A DNA stretch of 64,000 nucleotides from Candidatus Altiarchaeota archaeon (GCA_041306075.1 JBFYKH010000071.1:1499-65498); one strand, 5' to 3'. Positions 26,435 to 36,892 are shown, numbered from the stretch's first letter. The notes: generated by a model from the letters alone, not told the origin. Translations and numbers: made by a program.

Positions 26435-27703
26435 TCATGCTATCTTCGCCCCCAACCCGTTCATGACATCCTTGAATCCCGGGAACGTGACGTCGACGTG
26501 CTCGGCGCCTGAGACGACAGTCTCCCCCGAGGCCTTCAGCCCAGCCACCGAGAGCGCCATTATGACCCGGTGGTCCAGCCAGCCGTCCACCGCCGCGCCC
26601 CTCAGGGCGCCGCCCCGTATCGAAAGGCCGTCCGGCCTCTCAGCCACCTTGGCGCCCATCTTCGCAAGCTCGGTGGCCATCGCATTCAGCCTGTCGCACT
26701 CCTTCAGCCTCGCGTGGGCCGCGTTCACTATCTCGGTGCGTCCCCTGGCGTGCGCCCCGAGGACGGAGACTATGGGCACCAGGTCCGGCGAATCCGACAG
26801 GTCGACGGTGACTCCGGCGAGCCTCCCGTCCGAACGGACCGTGACCGAGTCCCGGCCGGTGTCCACGTCCGCCCCCATCTCGGAAAGGACGGACAGAATC
26901 CTCCTGTCCGCCTGCAGCGAGTCCGGTGCGAGGTTCCCCACCGTCACCTCCGAGTCGGTGATGGCCGCGGCCGCCAGTATGAACGCCGCCGAGCTGTAGT
27001 CCCCCTCGACGGTGTAGTCGACCGCCCGGTAGACCTGGCCGGATGCGACCGCGAACCTCCTGTACCCGCTGTTCTCGGCCTTGACGCCGTACAGCCCCAT
27101 CATCCTGACGGTCAGGTCGACGTAGGGCCTGCTCTTCAGGGGCGAAGTCAGCTCCAAGGCCACGTCAGCCTTCGCGTACGGCGACGCCATCAGGAGGGCG
27201 CTCACGAACTGGCTCGAGACGTCCCCCGGCATCCTGCATACCCCGCCCCTGAGCGGGCCCTCCACGACAGCGGGCGGCAGGCCGCCGTCCGAAGAAACCG
27301 TAACCCCAAGCTGTGAGAGCGCGCCAAGGAGCGGCCCAAGCGGCCTCCTCCTGACGGAATCGTCCCCCGTCAGGGTGACTCTTCCCATGGCGAGCGCGGC
27401 AAGCGCGGCGCATATCCTGATTGTCGTCCCGGAGTTCAGCGTGTCCACGACGGCGTCCGGCGCCCTGAGCCTCCCGGCCGTGCCGGCGATGGACGCGCTC
27501 CCGCCGCGCAACTCGACCTTTCCCCCGAACATCCTGCACGCGTTGAATGCGGCTTCGGTGTCCCTTGACACAAGCGGCGAACGCACCGTCGAAACCCCGT
27601 CGGCGAGCAGGCTCGACAGGACGGCCCTGATGGTGTAGGACTTGCTTGCGGGCGCCTCGGCCGTTCCGCCGAGCTTCCCGGCGGGCTGAATCCTGAATTC
27701 CAT
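26435..27703 (-). CDS. aroA: 3-phosphoshikimate 1-carboxyvinyltransferase (EPSP synthase)
   Basis: 422 aa. EPSPS motifs (KSYTIRA, LGNSGTT-like LNSGTT, RPxxP). Confidence 0.9.
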   Translation of the reverse strand: MEFRIQPAGKLGGTAEAPASKSYTIRAVLSSLLADGVSTVRSPLVSRDTEAAFNACRMFGGKVELRGGSASIAGTAGRLRAPDAVVDTLNSGTTIRICAALAALAMGRVTLTGDDSVRRRPLGPLLGALSQLGVTVSSDGGLPPAVVEGPLRGGVCRMPGDVSSQFVSALLMASPYAKADVALELTSPLKSRPYVDLTVRMMGLYGVKAENSGYRRFAVASGQVYRAVDYTVEGDYSSAAFILAAAAITDSEVTVGNLAPDSLQADRRILSVLSEMGADVDTGRDSVTVRSDGRLAGVTVDLSDSPDLVPIVSVLGAHARGRTEIVNAAHARLKECDRLNAMATELAKMGAKVAERPDGLSIRGGALRGAAVDGWLDHRVIMALSVAGLKASGETVVSGAEHVDVTFPGFKDVMNGLGAKIA

Positions 27704-27771
27704 ATCCCTAGTATTACGTTTAAGTCCTGCCTGATAATAAGCCCCCTAATACTCTCTTTTATATAGCCTTT

Positions 27772-28896
27772 GTGAGCATATTCATAGACGCCCTGGGGTG
27801 GGATTCCATGAACGCGGGACAAGGCAACGGCAACGGCGGGGCCCAAAGGAGCGGCACCAGCACCCCGGCATTCTGCGTCGCCCTCGCCGCATCCGGCGAG
27901 TGCAAGAGGATGCCATGCGACTCGCCATCGGATGTCAACGCAGTCGTCGAGAAATCCAGGGTGGCATGGGTCAACCACTCCGTCGACGACCTCAGGGTCA
28001 GGGGCGAGGAGATAGCGACCTCGATGGGCTTCAGCGCGGGCCTGGTCTCGAAGCTGCTGGAGTCGCACTTCTCCGACTACGAGGACCGCGACAGCGAACT
28101 CGGGCTCATGGTGCCGGCGGTCACCGTGAAGAGCCTTGAGGTGACGGTCAACCCCCTCCTCATCCTCATGCGCAAGGGCATCATACTCACGATCACTAGC
28201 GGCGAGGTCTTCCGCCTAGTCCGGTTCTCCAGGTACGCGGACGCGTTCTTCAGGAAGATTCCCAAGAACGTCTCCTGGCAGGACGTCCTCACGCTGACCC
28301 TCGTCAGGATAATCGACGAGAACAACGACCGCAACTTCGACCACCTCCGGGAGATAGAGTCCCAGGCCGACGAACTCAACAAGGACCTAATGGACTCGAA
28401 GACGTCCCGACACAAGCTCGGCCCCGCGATATACAACATGAAGCACGCCCTCATCACGTACATGAACGTCCTGTGGGCGACCCTGGACGTGATAAACAAC
28501 CTCCGCTACGGCGACGCCGAGGTGATAACGGACAACAGGAAGATACTGGAGCGGATAACCGTCCTTGCGACCGACGTCACGACCCACCTTGAGCTGTCGG
28601 AGCACATGAGCGAGGTCCTCGCCTCCGGCCTCGAGGTGCTGCAGAGCATCTACAACAACCAGCTGCAGATACTCAACAACCGCCTCGCGCTGCTCGTCGC
28701 GTACCTGACCATAATAGGGACCGCAATCCTAGTCCCGAACACGATAGCGACGGTCGCCGGCAACGGCATGTTCGAGTTCACGAAGGCCGACATCGACTGG
28801 TACCTGGCCCTCATCGTCGGCTCCACGCTCGCGGCGACGGCGCTGTCCTGGTGGGTGGTCAAGACGATGGGCCTCCTGCCTAAGAGCCCGGAGTGA
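27772..28896 (+). CDS. CorA-family divalent cation transporter with a divergent selectivity motif
   Basis: Long soluble N-terminal domain followed by two C-terminal TM helices. The loop reads AGNGMFEF where CorA normally carries YGMNFE. Confidence 0.65.
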   Translation: MSIFIDALGWDSMNAGQGNGNGGAQRSGTSTPAFCVALAASGECKRMPCDSPSDVNAVVEKSRVAWVNHSVDDLRVRGEEIATSMGFSAGLVSKLLESHFSDYEDRDSELGLMVPAVTVKSLEVTVNPLLILMRKGIILTITSGEVFRLVRFSRYADAFFRKIPKNVSWQDVLTLTLVRIIDENNDRNFDHLREIESQADELNKDLMDSKTSRHKLGPAIYNMKHALITYMNVLWATLDVINNLRYGDAEVITDNRKILERITVLATDVTTHLELSEHMSEVLASGLEVLQSIYNNQLQILNNRLALLVAYLTIIGTAILVPNTIATVAGNGMFEFTKADIDWYLALIVGSTLAATALSWWVVKTMGLLPKSPE

Positions 28897-28950
28897 CCCC
28901 ATCGTTTTTTAAACCGTCGGATGCTATTAAATACCCGGAAGGTACTTAAG

Positions 28951-29364
28951 ATGGTCAAGACCGCGAAGGAGATAATGCACCAGCACACGTTCGTCAAGGG
29001 CGAAACCTCCATACGCGATGTCGCGGAGCTAATGAGCCGCAAGAAGATAGGTTCCGTCCTGGTCGAGGTCTCCGAGGGCTTCGGCATGCTCAGCGAAAGG
29101 GACATCGTGGTCAAGGTCATAGTCGAGGGCAAGGACCCCAAGACGGTGAAGGCGAAGGACGTCATGTCCTACCCCGTGGTGACGATAGACGCGGGCGCGG
29201 ACCTGTATAAGGTATCCAGCCTCTTCACCAGCTACGACTTCAGGCGGCTCCCGGTCATGGAGAAGGGCAAGGTCATAGGCGTGCTGACGACGCGGGACGT
29301 GGCGAAACAGTTCATACCGCAGTTTTTCAAGGAATCCTACCATTTCCGGGATTTCAGGTTCTGA
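28951..29364 (+). CDS. CBS-pair domain protein
   Basis: Two CBS motifs (IGSVLVEV...GMLSERDIV, VIGVLTTRDV). The start was set at the ATG at 28951. Confidence 0.75.
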   Translation: MVKTAKEIMHQHTFVKGETSIRDVAELMSRKKIGSVLVEVSEGFGMLSERDIVVKVIVEGKDPKTVKAKDVMSYPVVTIDAGADLYKVSSLFTSYDFRRLPVMEKGKVIGVLTTRDVAKQFIPQFFKESYHFRDFRF

Positions 29365-29374
29365 CCTGTGGACG

Positions 29375-29404
29375 TATTTATACTACGTCTCCGTGATTTA
29401 TAGG
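29375..29404 (+). promoter_or_regulatory. AT-rich TATA elements (tatttatac / gatttatagg) upstream of the second PPase gene
   Basis: Two TATA-like boxes 10-38 nt upstream of the TTG start at 29413. Confidence 0.35.
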
Positions 29405-29412
29405 CTAGGTGA

Positions 29413-31467
29413 TTGTGTTTGATTTGGTTCGTTTTCGGGGCGAGCATCATAGCCCTCCTGTACGCGGCCTACCTCGCCAGGTACGTCTTCAGCTTCGGAC
29501 GCGGCGATAAGCGCATGCGCGAGATCGCAGACGCCATAAGCGAGGGCGCCAGCGCCTTCGTGAAACGCCAGTACGCGACGATAACCGTGCTCACCCTGAT
29601 AATAGGCGCCCTGATATTCGCGGCATACTTCCTCATTGGCGAGTCCGTAAGCGGCCTTAAGACGGCCGGCGCATTCGTCTTCGGGGCGTTCTGCTCGGGC
29701 CTAGCAGGCGTCGTCGGCATGTGGGTGTCGGTGCGCGCCAACGTCAGGGTCGCGCAGGCGTCCAAGCACGGCCTGGACGAGGCCATGAAGGTCGCATTCC
29801 GGAGCGGCGCCGTCTCCGGGATAATCATAGTCGCGCTCTCGCTCCTTGGCGTCAGCATACTCTACGCTCTGTACTCGATGGGCTCCGAGGCCACGGAAGT
29901 CCCGTTCATGATAGTCGGCTTCGGATTCGGCGCCTCCTTCGTCGCCCTGTTCGCCCAGCTCGGCGGAGGCATATACACGAAGGGAGCGGACGTCGGAGCG
30001 GACCTCGTCGGAAAGGTCGAAGTCGACATACCCGAGGACGACCCCAGGAACCCCGCCGTCATCGCAGACCTCGTGGGAGACAACGTCGGCGACTGCGCGG
30101 GCCGCGGAGCCGACCTCTTCGAGTCCACCGCGGCCGAGAACATCGGCGCCATGATACTCGGCGTCGCCCTGTATCCGGTGTTCGGCGTCGCGGGCATACT
30201 GTTCCCGCTCGTCGCAAGGGCCGGAGGCCTCCTGGCGAGCCTGGTCGGAATCATGTCCGTGAGAGACGCGGGGGACGGCGACCCCATGTCCGCCCTCAAC
30301 AGGGGATACTACATCTCCGCCATACTCTCGGCGGCGTTCCTCGCCGCGGCCACATACTACATGCTCGGCCCCCACTGGCTCCTGTTCTTCATGTGCGGCA
30401 TAGTCGGGATAATCACGTCCGTCCTGATAATCTGGATAACCATCTACTACACAGAATCCCGGTACAATCCCGTGAAGTCGATAGCCGAGGCCTCGCTCAC
30501 GGGCAGCGCGACCAACATCATGGTGGGGTTCGCGATAGCCCTCGAGACGACGGGGATGCCGATAGTCGTGCTGTGCGGTGCCCTCATGGCGTCATACACG
30601 CTCGGGGACTGGTCCGGGATAGCCCACGGGGGCCTCTACGGCACCGCAATCGCCACCATGGGCATGCTGAGCACATGCGCCTACGTCCTGGCCATGGACA
30701 CGTTCGGCCCCATAACCGACAACGCGGGCGGCATCAACCAGATGAGCGGCCAGGCCGAGAAGTACAGGAAAATCACGGACAAGCTCGACGCGGTCGGGAA
30801 CACTACGAAGGCCCTGACTAAAGGCTACGCAATCGGCTCAGCGGCGCTCGCAGCATTCCTCCTCTTCAGCGCATACCTCGACGAGGTCACCAAGTACTCC
30901 GGCTCAGTCCCGGTCATAGACATGGCGAAGGTGCCCGTATTCGTGGGTGCCATGCTCGGGGGGATGATAGTCTTCGTCTTCTCCTCGTTCGCCATCCGGG
31001 CGGTCGGGCAGACGGCGTTCGAGGTCGTGAACGAGGTCAGGAGGCAGTTCAGGGAGATTAAGGGGCTGATGTCCGGGGACGCTAAGCCCGACTATGCTAC
31101 TTGCGTCGACATCTGCACGCGCACCGCCCTGAAGGAGATGGTGCTCCCCGGCGTCTTCGTCGTCGCCGTCACAATCGCAGTCGGTATCCTACTTAAGGCT
31201 GAGGCCACGGGGGCGTTCCTCATGTCTAGCACGATAAGCGGCATACTCATGGCGCTAGTCCTCAACACCGGCGGCGGCGCGTGGGACAACGCCAAGAAGT
31301 ACATAGAGGACGGGGCCCACGGCGGCAAGGGCAGCGAAGCCCACAAGGCCGCGGTCATCGGCGACACCATCGGCGACCCCTTCAAGGACACGGCGGGCCC
31401 GAGCCTCCACGTCCTGATAAAGCTCCTGTCCACCCTCACCCTGATACTGGTGCCCCTGTTCGTCTGA
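29413..31467 (+). CDS. hppA: Membrane-bound proton-translocating pyrophosphatase, K+-independent-type signature
   Basis: 684 aa, with M-PPase motifs as in the first copy. It carries GNTTKALTKG, the Lys/Thr pair diagnostic of K+-independent H+-PPases. TTG start. Confidence 0.93.
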   Translation: MCLIWFVFGASIIALLYAAYLARYVFSFGRGDKRMREIADAISEGASAFVKRQYATITVLTLIIGALIFAAYFLIGESVSGLKTAGAFVFGAFCSGLAGVVGMWVSVRANVRVAQASKHGLDEAMKVAFRSGAVSGIIIVALSLLGVSILYALYSMGSEATEVPFMIVGFGFGASFVALFAQLGGGIYTKGADVGADLVGKVEVDIPEDDPRNPAVIADLVGDNVGDCAGRGADLFESTAAENIGAMILGVALYPVFGVAGILFPLVARAGGLLASLVGIMSVRDAGDGDPMSALNRGYYISAILSAAFLAAATYYMLGPHWLLFFMCGIVGIITSVLIIWITIYYTESRYNPVKSIAEASLTGSATNIMVGFAIALETTGMPIVVLCGALMASYTLGDWSGIAHGGLYGTAIATMGMLSTCAYVLAMDTFGPITDNAGGINQMSGQAEKYRKITDKLDAVGNTTKALTKGYAIGSAALAAFLLFSAYLDEVTKYSGSVPVIDMAKVPVFVGAMLGGMIVFVFSSFAIRAVGQTAFEVVNEVRRQFREIKGLMSGDAKPDYATCVDICTRTALKEMVLPGVFVVAVTIAVGILLKAEATGAFLMSSTISGILMALVLNTGGGAWDNAKKYIEDGAHGGKGSEAHKAAVIGDTIGDPFKDTAGPSLHVLIKLLSTLTLILVPLFV

Positions 31468-31495
31468 GGCTGGGGCTTTTTTTATCGGCCCCGCC
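31468..31495 (+). terminator. Hairpin plus T7 run downstream of the second hppA
   Basis: A GGGGC / GCCCC stem encloses a TTTTTTT run immediately after the stop codon. Confidence 0.4.
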
Positions 31496-31507
31496 AAAGT
31501 ATTCCTC

Positions 31508-32494
31508 ATGGAACGGTACAACCCCCAGATTGACGGGGAATTGGGCAACAAGATAGTGAAGTATGTCGTATACGGCGTCGTCGGCTTCTTCGTCGCCGTC
31601 CTCTTACTGAACTCCGTGTTCGACGTGCTGGTCGTCGTGCAGCCCGGCTACGTCGGCGTCGACTACACGGCATGGGGCGGGATAACGATGGACAAGGTCC
31701 GGGAGCCGGGCTGGAGCCTGAAGCTGCCTATAATACAGAAGGTCTACATGGTGAAGACCGCCAGGGACACGGTCAACCTCTATCCGGGCGGGGACGACGT
31801 TGCCATAACGGCCCCTACTAAGGAGGGCCTCCTGGTGACGACGGACGTCTCGGTCCTTTACCGGATTAAGCCGGGCGTGGCGCCGAAGCTGGTCCAGGAG
31901 CTGACTCCGGACTACAGGCGCGGGACGATTATGCCGAGGATACGCTCCGCCGTCCGGGAGGTGAGCGGCGGCATGTCGGTGACAGAGCTGTATGGTCCGG
32001 GCAGGGAGAGGATGCAGCAGGAGATATTCAACAAGCTCCTGGTCGAGCTGGAGAAGGACGGCTTCATCCTCGAGGAGGTACTGGTCAGGGAGATAGACAT
32101 GCCCCCCGACATAACCCGTGCGATAGAGGACAAGCAGTCCATGGAGCAGTCGGCGATGAAGAAGCAGTACGAGGTCGACCTCACCCAGAAGGAGGCCGAG
32201 CGGCTGAAGCTCCAGGGCGAGGGCCAGGCTAACATGCAGGTGGCGATAGCGGACGGCGAGGCGAAGGCGCAGATTGCGAGGGCCAAGGGCCAGGCCGAGG
32301 CGAAGCTCATCGTCGCCAAGGCGGAGGCCGAGGCGCTGAAGACGGTCGCGGACGCGATGAGCGCTAATCCGAGGGCCTACGACTTCAAGCAGCTGCAGAT
32401 AATGGAGCAGCTCTACACGAACCCGAACACGAAGTTCGTGGCGCTGCCGAGCGACCAGATGATATACCAGCTGCCCGCGAGCATGACTCAGTGA
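31508..32494 (+). CDS. SPFH/band-7 (stomatin/prohibitin-like) membrane protein
   Basis: N-terminal TM helix, an SPFH domain and a C-terminal Ala/Glu/Lys-rich coiled-coil. Confidence 0.85.
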   Translation: MERYNPQIDGELGNKIVKYVVYGVVGFFVAVLLLNSVFDVLVVVQPGYVGVDYTAWGGITMDKVREPGWSLKLPIIQKVYMVKTARDTVNLYPGGDDVAITAPTKEGLLVTTDVSVLYRIKPGVAPKLVQELTPDYRRGTIMPRIRSAVREVSGGMSVTELYGPGRERMQQEIFNKLLVELEKDGFILEEVLVREIDMPPDITRAIEDKQSMEQSAMKKQYEVDLTQKEAERLKLQGEGQANMQVAIADGEAKAQIARAKGQAEAKLIVAKAEAEALKTVADAMSANPRAYDFKQLQIMEQLYTNPNTKFVALPSDQMIYQLPASMTQ

Positions 32495-32985
32495 TTGCGG
32501 ACATACTCCCGGAGTATCGGCAGAAGCTCAGCCGTCTCCGGGATGAACTTTTCTTTTCTGACCAGCTCTTCGGCCTCAGCCACGGTCATGAACCATCCGG
32601 CCTCGATTTCCTCCGCAAGGAGCTTCGGCTCCCCGTCGGCGACGAACCCGTAAACAGTGACGTTCTCGCACTCCTGCGGCAGCCTCTTCCTGAAGTAACC
32701 CATCCTGAAGGGCTTCGATTTTAATCCCGCCTCCTCCTCGGCCTCCCGGACGACGGCATCGTCGGGCGTCTCACCGGAGCCGACGTGGCCGCCGAGTACG
32801 ATGCTTTGGAGGCCGCCGAAGAACTCCTTGTCTTTCGACCTTCGATTGACCAGCACCCTCCCCGCCTTGTCGAATATGAAGAACTGGACGCTCCTGTGGG
32901 TCAGCCGCCCACCATGGCACTCGCCCCTTGAGGCCTGTCCGACGACCCGGTCATCGTCGTCGACGACGTCGAAGACCTCGCTCAT
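32488..32985 (-). CDS. NUDIX hydrolase
   Basis: Nudix box GGHVGSGETPDDAVVREAEEEAGL. Confidence 0.8.
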   Translation of the reverse strand: MSEVFDVVDDDDRVVGQASRGECHGGRLTHRSVQFFIFDKAGRVLVNRRSKDKEFFGGLQSIVLGGHVGSGETPDDAVVREAEEEAGLKSKPFRMGYFRKRLPQECENVTVYGFVADGEPKLLAEEIEAGWFMTVAEAEELVRKEKFIPETAELLPILREYVRNH

Positions 32986-34988
32986 CTTTCCTCTACGAAC
33001 ATGTACCTGCCGTGCCTGGGCTCGTATATTATCCCCTTGTTCCTGAGCTCGTTCACGACGCGCTCGACGTCGAAGCGGTCTATGTTCTTCGCCTTTGCGG
33101 ACTCCACCAGGTCGTCCAGGGTCGCCATGTTGTCCGGCGAGGCGCCGGCAAGCTGCCTCATGATGTCCTCCACAGCCTTTATCCTGTCCCTCACGCTCTT
33201 GGGGTGGTCCGTGACTATCCTGTCTATGTCGAGCTCGCCCGTGGCCGCGTCCGTCGCTATCTCCCTGAGGACGAACTCCGTCAGCCTGATGGCGCGGTCA
33301 ACGTCAGACAGCGACACCTCGTTGGAGAGGCGCATCTTCGCCGACGCCTCCGAAAGCCTGATGAGCGCCTCAAGCTGCCTCGGGGTCGCTGCGGCCGTGC
33401 CCTTGCTCCTGCCCCTCAAGGCGACGTAGAACCCCTTCAGCTTCTCGGCCGTGGTCGCGTCAAGCCGGGGGTTCACGTTCCTGCGCGCATAGGCGACGTA
33501 CTTCCTGAAAAGTCCCTGGTCTATCGCCGGCGCTATCTTCTTCATCTCCTCCTCGGACTGGTGCATGAGGAGCATCTGGTCTGCTATCGCCCTGTCCCTC
33601 TCGCTGTCGAGTATGTCCCTTATCGCGAAGATGAGGTCGAACCTGGATATCAGGGTCGGCGGTATGTCGAACTGGTCCGCCAGCGGCTTGTACGTGTCGA
33701 ACCTGGAGAACTTCGGGTTCGAGGCCGCGAGTATGCTCGTGTTCGCCTTGAACTTGGCGACTATCCCGGCCTTGGCGACGCTGATGGTCTGCTGCTCCAT
33801 GGCCTCGTGCATGGCGCTCCGGTCCTCCTTATCCATCTTGTCGAACTCGTCTATCGCGGCTATCCCGCCTCCCGCAAGGACGAGAGCCCCCGCCTTCAGG
33901 GTCCACGCGCCCTCCGCGAACTCGTCCTTCTCGGCGGTGGCCGTGAGCCCGGCGCCCGTGGTCCCCTTACCCGTGACGAATATGCATTTGGGGGCTATTT
34001 TCGTGACGTACTGGAGTATCCTGGATTTCGCGACTCCCGGGTCACCTATGAGGAGGAGGTGTATGTCGCCACGGGCGACGGTGCCCTCGGGCGTCACCTT
34101 GCCCTGCCTTCCGCCGAAGAGCTGGAGGGCTATGGCCTCCTTCATTTCGTTGTATCCGTAGATTGAGGGCGCTATCGACTTGATTATCTTGTCGTGGAGC
34201 TCCGGTTCCTTCGCCAAAAGGAGTATCTGCCTCTCCTCCTCGTCGCTGATGTCCAGCTCCTCGAACTCCTTCTGTATCGCCTCTATGTGGTTGACTTCGA
34301 TGCGCTTGTGGTATACGGCGCCCTTCATCTTCGGGGGCGTCAGCCGGACTATCCCCGTGATCATGACCTGGTCGCCCGCGGTCACGAGGTCGGTCATGTC
34401 GTCCTCGGCCCAGAGCTCGATTCTGCGGGCCTGCTCGCCGCCCCTCAGCATCTCGAGGGGCTCCTGTATCTCCAGGGACTGGACGTCCGTCCACATGCTC
34501 TCCTCCGCGATGAACCTGAGGTCGCTCTTGCCGCAGGACTTGCAGCGGTGCGGCTCGATGAGCATCATCTTGTCCTGCACCACCCAGTTCTTCTCGTCGC
34601 AGCGGTTGCACACGAAGAGGGCGTTCTGGACCTTCGGATTCACCTCCGTTATCTTGGTCACCGTCCCCTCGACGGCTATCATGCGGCCTATGTACTCCGC
34701 GGTGATGTTCCTGACATCGACGTTGTACCCCTTCACCTTCGGGAGGTTGGTGAACCTCGTGTGGAACTTCGGCTTCTCGACGATGGTGAGTATGCCCATG
34801 TTGTTGAGGATTTCGTCGAATAAGCTAAGGACCTCGTCGGGGCTCTCCCTAAGCCTGTCGGCGAGCTCGTGGTCGAAGCGCTCGAGCTCCGCGAAGTCCA
34901 GGACTAGGCTCTTCACGTCCGGGTACTTCTCCCCGAGCGTCCTCAGCTGCTCCTTCTGCCTTCCGATGAACTCCTCAACCTTTTCCAA
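32982..34988 (-). CDS. mcm: Minichromosome maintenance (MCM) replicative helicase
   Basis: 668 aa. Zn-finger (C4), Walker A GDPGVAKS, Walker B/arginine finger (IDEFDKM, SRFDL). The length shows there is no intein. Confidence 0.95.
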   Translation of the reverse strand: MEKVEEFIGRQKEQLRTLGEKYPDVKSLVLDFAELERFDHELADRLRESPDEVLSLFDEILNNMGILTIVEKPKFHTRFTNLPKVKGYNVDVRNITAEYIGRMIAVEGTVTKITEVNPKVQNALFVCNRCDEKNWVVQDKMMLIEPHRCKSCGKSDLRFIAEESMWTDVQSLEIQEPLEMLRGGEQARRIELWAEDDMTDLVTAGDQVMITGIVRLTPPKMKGAVYHKRIEVNHIEAIQKEFEELDISDEEERQILLLAKEPELHDKIIKSIAPSIYGYNEMKEAIALQLFGGRQGKVTPEGTVARGDIHLLLIGDPGVAKSRILQYVTKIAPKCIFVTGKGTTGAGLTATAEKDEFAEGAWTLKAGALVLAGGGIAAIDEFDKMDKEDRSAMHEAMEQQTISVAKAGIVAKFKANTSILAASNPKFSRFDTYKPLADQFDIPPTLISRFDLIFAIRDILDSERDRAIADQMLLMHQSEEEMKKIAPAIDQGLFRKYVAYARRNVNPRLDATTAEKLKGFYVALRGRSKGTAAATPRQLEALIRLSEASAKMRLSNEVSLSDVDRAIRLTEFVLREIATDAATGELDIDRIVTDHPKSVRDRIKAVEDIMRQLAGASPDNMATLDDLVESAKAKNIDRFDVERVVNELRNKGIIYEPRHGRYMFVEER

Positions 34989-35080
34989 GCCGACGCACCA
35001 GCCAAAAACCGGAGTAACGTATAGGTAGCGGGGGATTTATAAAACTATGCTTGGCGAACCCGCAATCAACTTCGTCATTT

Positions 35081-35098
35081 GTCGAACATACGTTCGAC
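35081..35098 (+). promoter_or_regulatory. Perfect palindrome GTCGAAC-ATAC-GTTCGAC, immediately upstream of the TATA elements (35101-35126) of the HTH regulator gene
   Basis: 7-bp inverted arms with a 4-nt spacer. It sits 33-50 nt upstream of the ATG at 35131 and just 5' of a TTTAAA/TATAAT pair. Confidence 0.4.
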
Positions 35099-35130
35099 AT
35101 TATTTAAACCTCACAGCCTATAATACGGCT

Positions 35131-35838
35131 ATGTCCAAGGAGACCGAAGGCGCGGCCAAGGTCATGGCGGGGGAGATAACGCTCTCCAAGGACCATGCGG
35201 AGTCCATGCGCAGATGGCGGTGCGCCTTCGGCGTGAGGCAGGCGGAACTCGCAAAAAGGCTGAAGGTGTCCCCATCCGTCGTCTCCGACTACGAGAGCGG
35301 CCGCAGGCGCTCACCCGGCGTGGGATACGTCAGCCGCCTCGTCGAGACACTCGTCGGCATCGACCTCGAACGCGGCGGCCAGGTCATATCCAAGTTCATC
35401 ACCCCCCACGAGCCGGGGGCCATACTGGACATCAGGGAGTTCGACGCCCCCGTGAAGGCGTCGCGCATCGTGAAGCTCCTGGACGGGGAGGTCCTCACCC
35501 AGAAGGCGAATGTCGCCCACAAGGAGATGATGGGCTACACCGTGATAGACAGCATCCAGGCGATACTCAGGCTCAACGACCGGGACTTCAGGACCATATA
35601 CGGCTCCACGACGGAGCGCGCCCTCGTGTTCACGAAGGTTAGGCTCGGCCGCTCCCCGCTCATCGCCATCAAAGTCACCCAGCAGAAGCCCGGGATGATA
35701 GTCCTTCACGGGCTCGCGGCTAACAAGGTGGACAAGCTCGCACTCCACATAGCGGAGAGCGAGAATATACCCCTCGCGGTGTCAGGGCTTAAAAACGAGG
35801 AAGACGTTATAGAAAGGCTCAGGAGGAACCTAACATGA
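35131..35838 (+). CDS. XRE-family helix-turn-helix transcriptional regulator with a C-terminal domain of unknown function
   Basis: [29 protein letters not shown]. The start was set at MSKETEG. Its stop overlaps the HMG-CoA synthase start. Confidence 0.7.
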   Translation: MSKETEGAAKVMAGEITLSKDHAESMRRWRCAFGVRQAELAKRLKVSPSVVSDYESGRRRSPGVGYVSRLVETLVGIDLERGGQVISKFITPHEPGAILDIREFDAPVKASRIVKLLDGEVLTQKANVAHKEMMGYTVIDSIQAILRLNDRDFRTIYGSTTERALVFTKVRLGRSPLIAIKVTQQKPGMIVLHGLAANKVDKLALHIAESENIPLAVSGLKNEEDVIERLRRNLT

Positions 35839-36887
35839 CAGGGATAGTCGGCTACGGCGCATACGTGCCCAAGTACAGGATAAAGACGGTGGAGATAAGC
35901 AAGGTGTGGGGCGGAGAGGGCGACCGGGTCGCCAAAGGCCTGAACGTCCACGAGAAGAGCGTCCCCGGCCTCGACGAGGACGTCGTCACCATATCCGTAG
36001 CAGCTGCAAGGCTCTCAATCCGGCACGCGAGAATCGACCCGAAGGACATCGAGGCGATATACGTGGGCTCGGAGTCGCACCCGTACGCCGTGAAGCCGAC
36101 GGCGACGATAGTCGCGGAGGCGTTGGAGGCCACGCCCGACATGACGGCCGCCGACTTCCAGTTCGCATGCAAGGCCGGGACGGCCGCGATACAGACGTGC
36201 ATGGGCCTCACGAAGTCGAAGATGATAAAGTACGGCCTCGCCATAGGCGCTGACACGAGCCAGGGCAGGCCCGGGGACGCCCTCGAGTACACCGCGTCCG
36301 CGGGCGGAGCGGCCTACATCATCGGCGAGGAGAGGACCGTGGCGGACATAACGGACACATACTCGTTCTCCACGGACACCCCGGACTTCTGGAGGAGGGA
36401 GGGGCAGGATTTCCCGCGGCACGGCTCCAGGTTCACGGGCGAGCCCGCATACTTCAAGCACGTCATAGCCGCGTCGAAGAGGATAATGGAGCGCAACAGC
36501 CTCAAGCCGGAGGACTTCAAGTACGCGGTCTTCCACCAGCCCAACGGGAAGTTCCCGCTGCAGGCCGCCCACATGCTCGGATTCAAGCGGGAGCAGGTCG
36601 AAGCCGGCCTCCTCACGCCCGTCATCGGCAACACCTACTCGGGCGCGACGCCCATCGGCCTCTCCGCCGTCCTGGACGTCGCAGAGCCCGGAGACATGAT
36701 ACTGGCGACATCCTACGGCTCGGGGGCGGGAAGCGACGCCTTCGTCATAGAGGCGACCGACCTGATATCCGAAAACCGGAACCCGGAGCCGGTGAGGGAG
36801 CAGATAAAGCACAAAGAGTACCTGGACTACAGCATATACGCCAAATTCAAGGGCAAGATAAAGGGGGTATACCTCCAGAAAGGGTGA
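35835..36887 (+). CDS. Hydroxymethylglutaryl-CoA synthase (archaeal)
   Basis: 350 aa. Catalytic Cys region ([11 protein letters not shown]) and a thiolase-fold HMGS pattern. Confidence 0.9.
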   Translation: MTGIVGYGAYVPKYRIKTVEISKVWGGEGDRVAKGLNVHEKSVPGLDEDVVTISVAAARLSIRHARIDPKDIEAIYVGSESHPYAVKPTATIVAEALEATPDMTAADFQFACKAGTAAIQTCMGLTKSKMIKYGLAIGADTSQGRPGDALEYTASAGGAAYIIGEERTVADITDTYSFSTDTPDFWRREGQDFPRHGSRFTGEPAYFKHVIAASKRIMERNSLKPEDFKYAVFHQPNGKFPLQAAHMLGFKREQVEAGLLTPVIGNTYSGATPIGLSAVLDVAEPGDMILATSYGSGAGSDAFVIEATDLISENRNPEPVREQIKHKEYLDYSIYAKFKGKIKGVYLQKG

Positions 36888-36892
36888 ATGGG

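Noticed and set aside
26340-26437. 35-aa minus-strand ORF (MNIRGTFRLWKTMTDYGLSEMKLGFGMIWDSLRGK) immediately downstream of aroA
   Set aside because: It is too short and has no supporting signal. It is probably a chance ORF in the aroA 3' region.
32982-34988. Possible intein in MCM, and likewise in LonB (50711-52630) and RadA (52700-53650)
   Set aside because: Protein lengths (668, 639 and 316 aa) match intein-free homologs. The motifs are contiguous.
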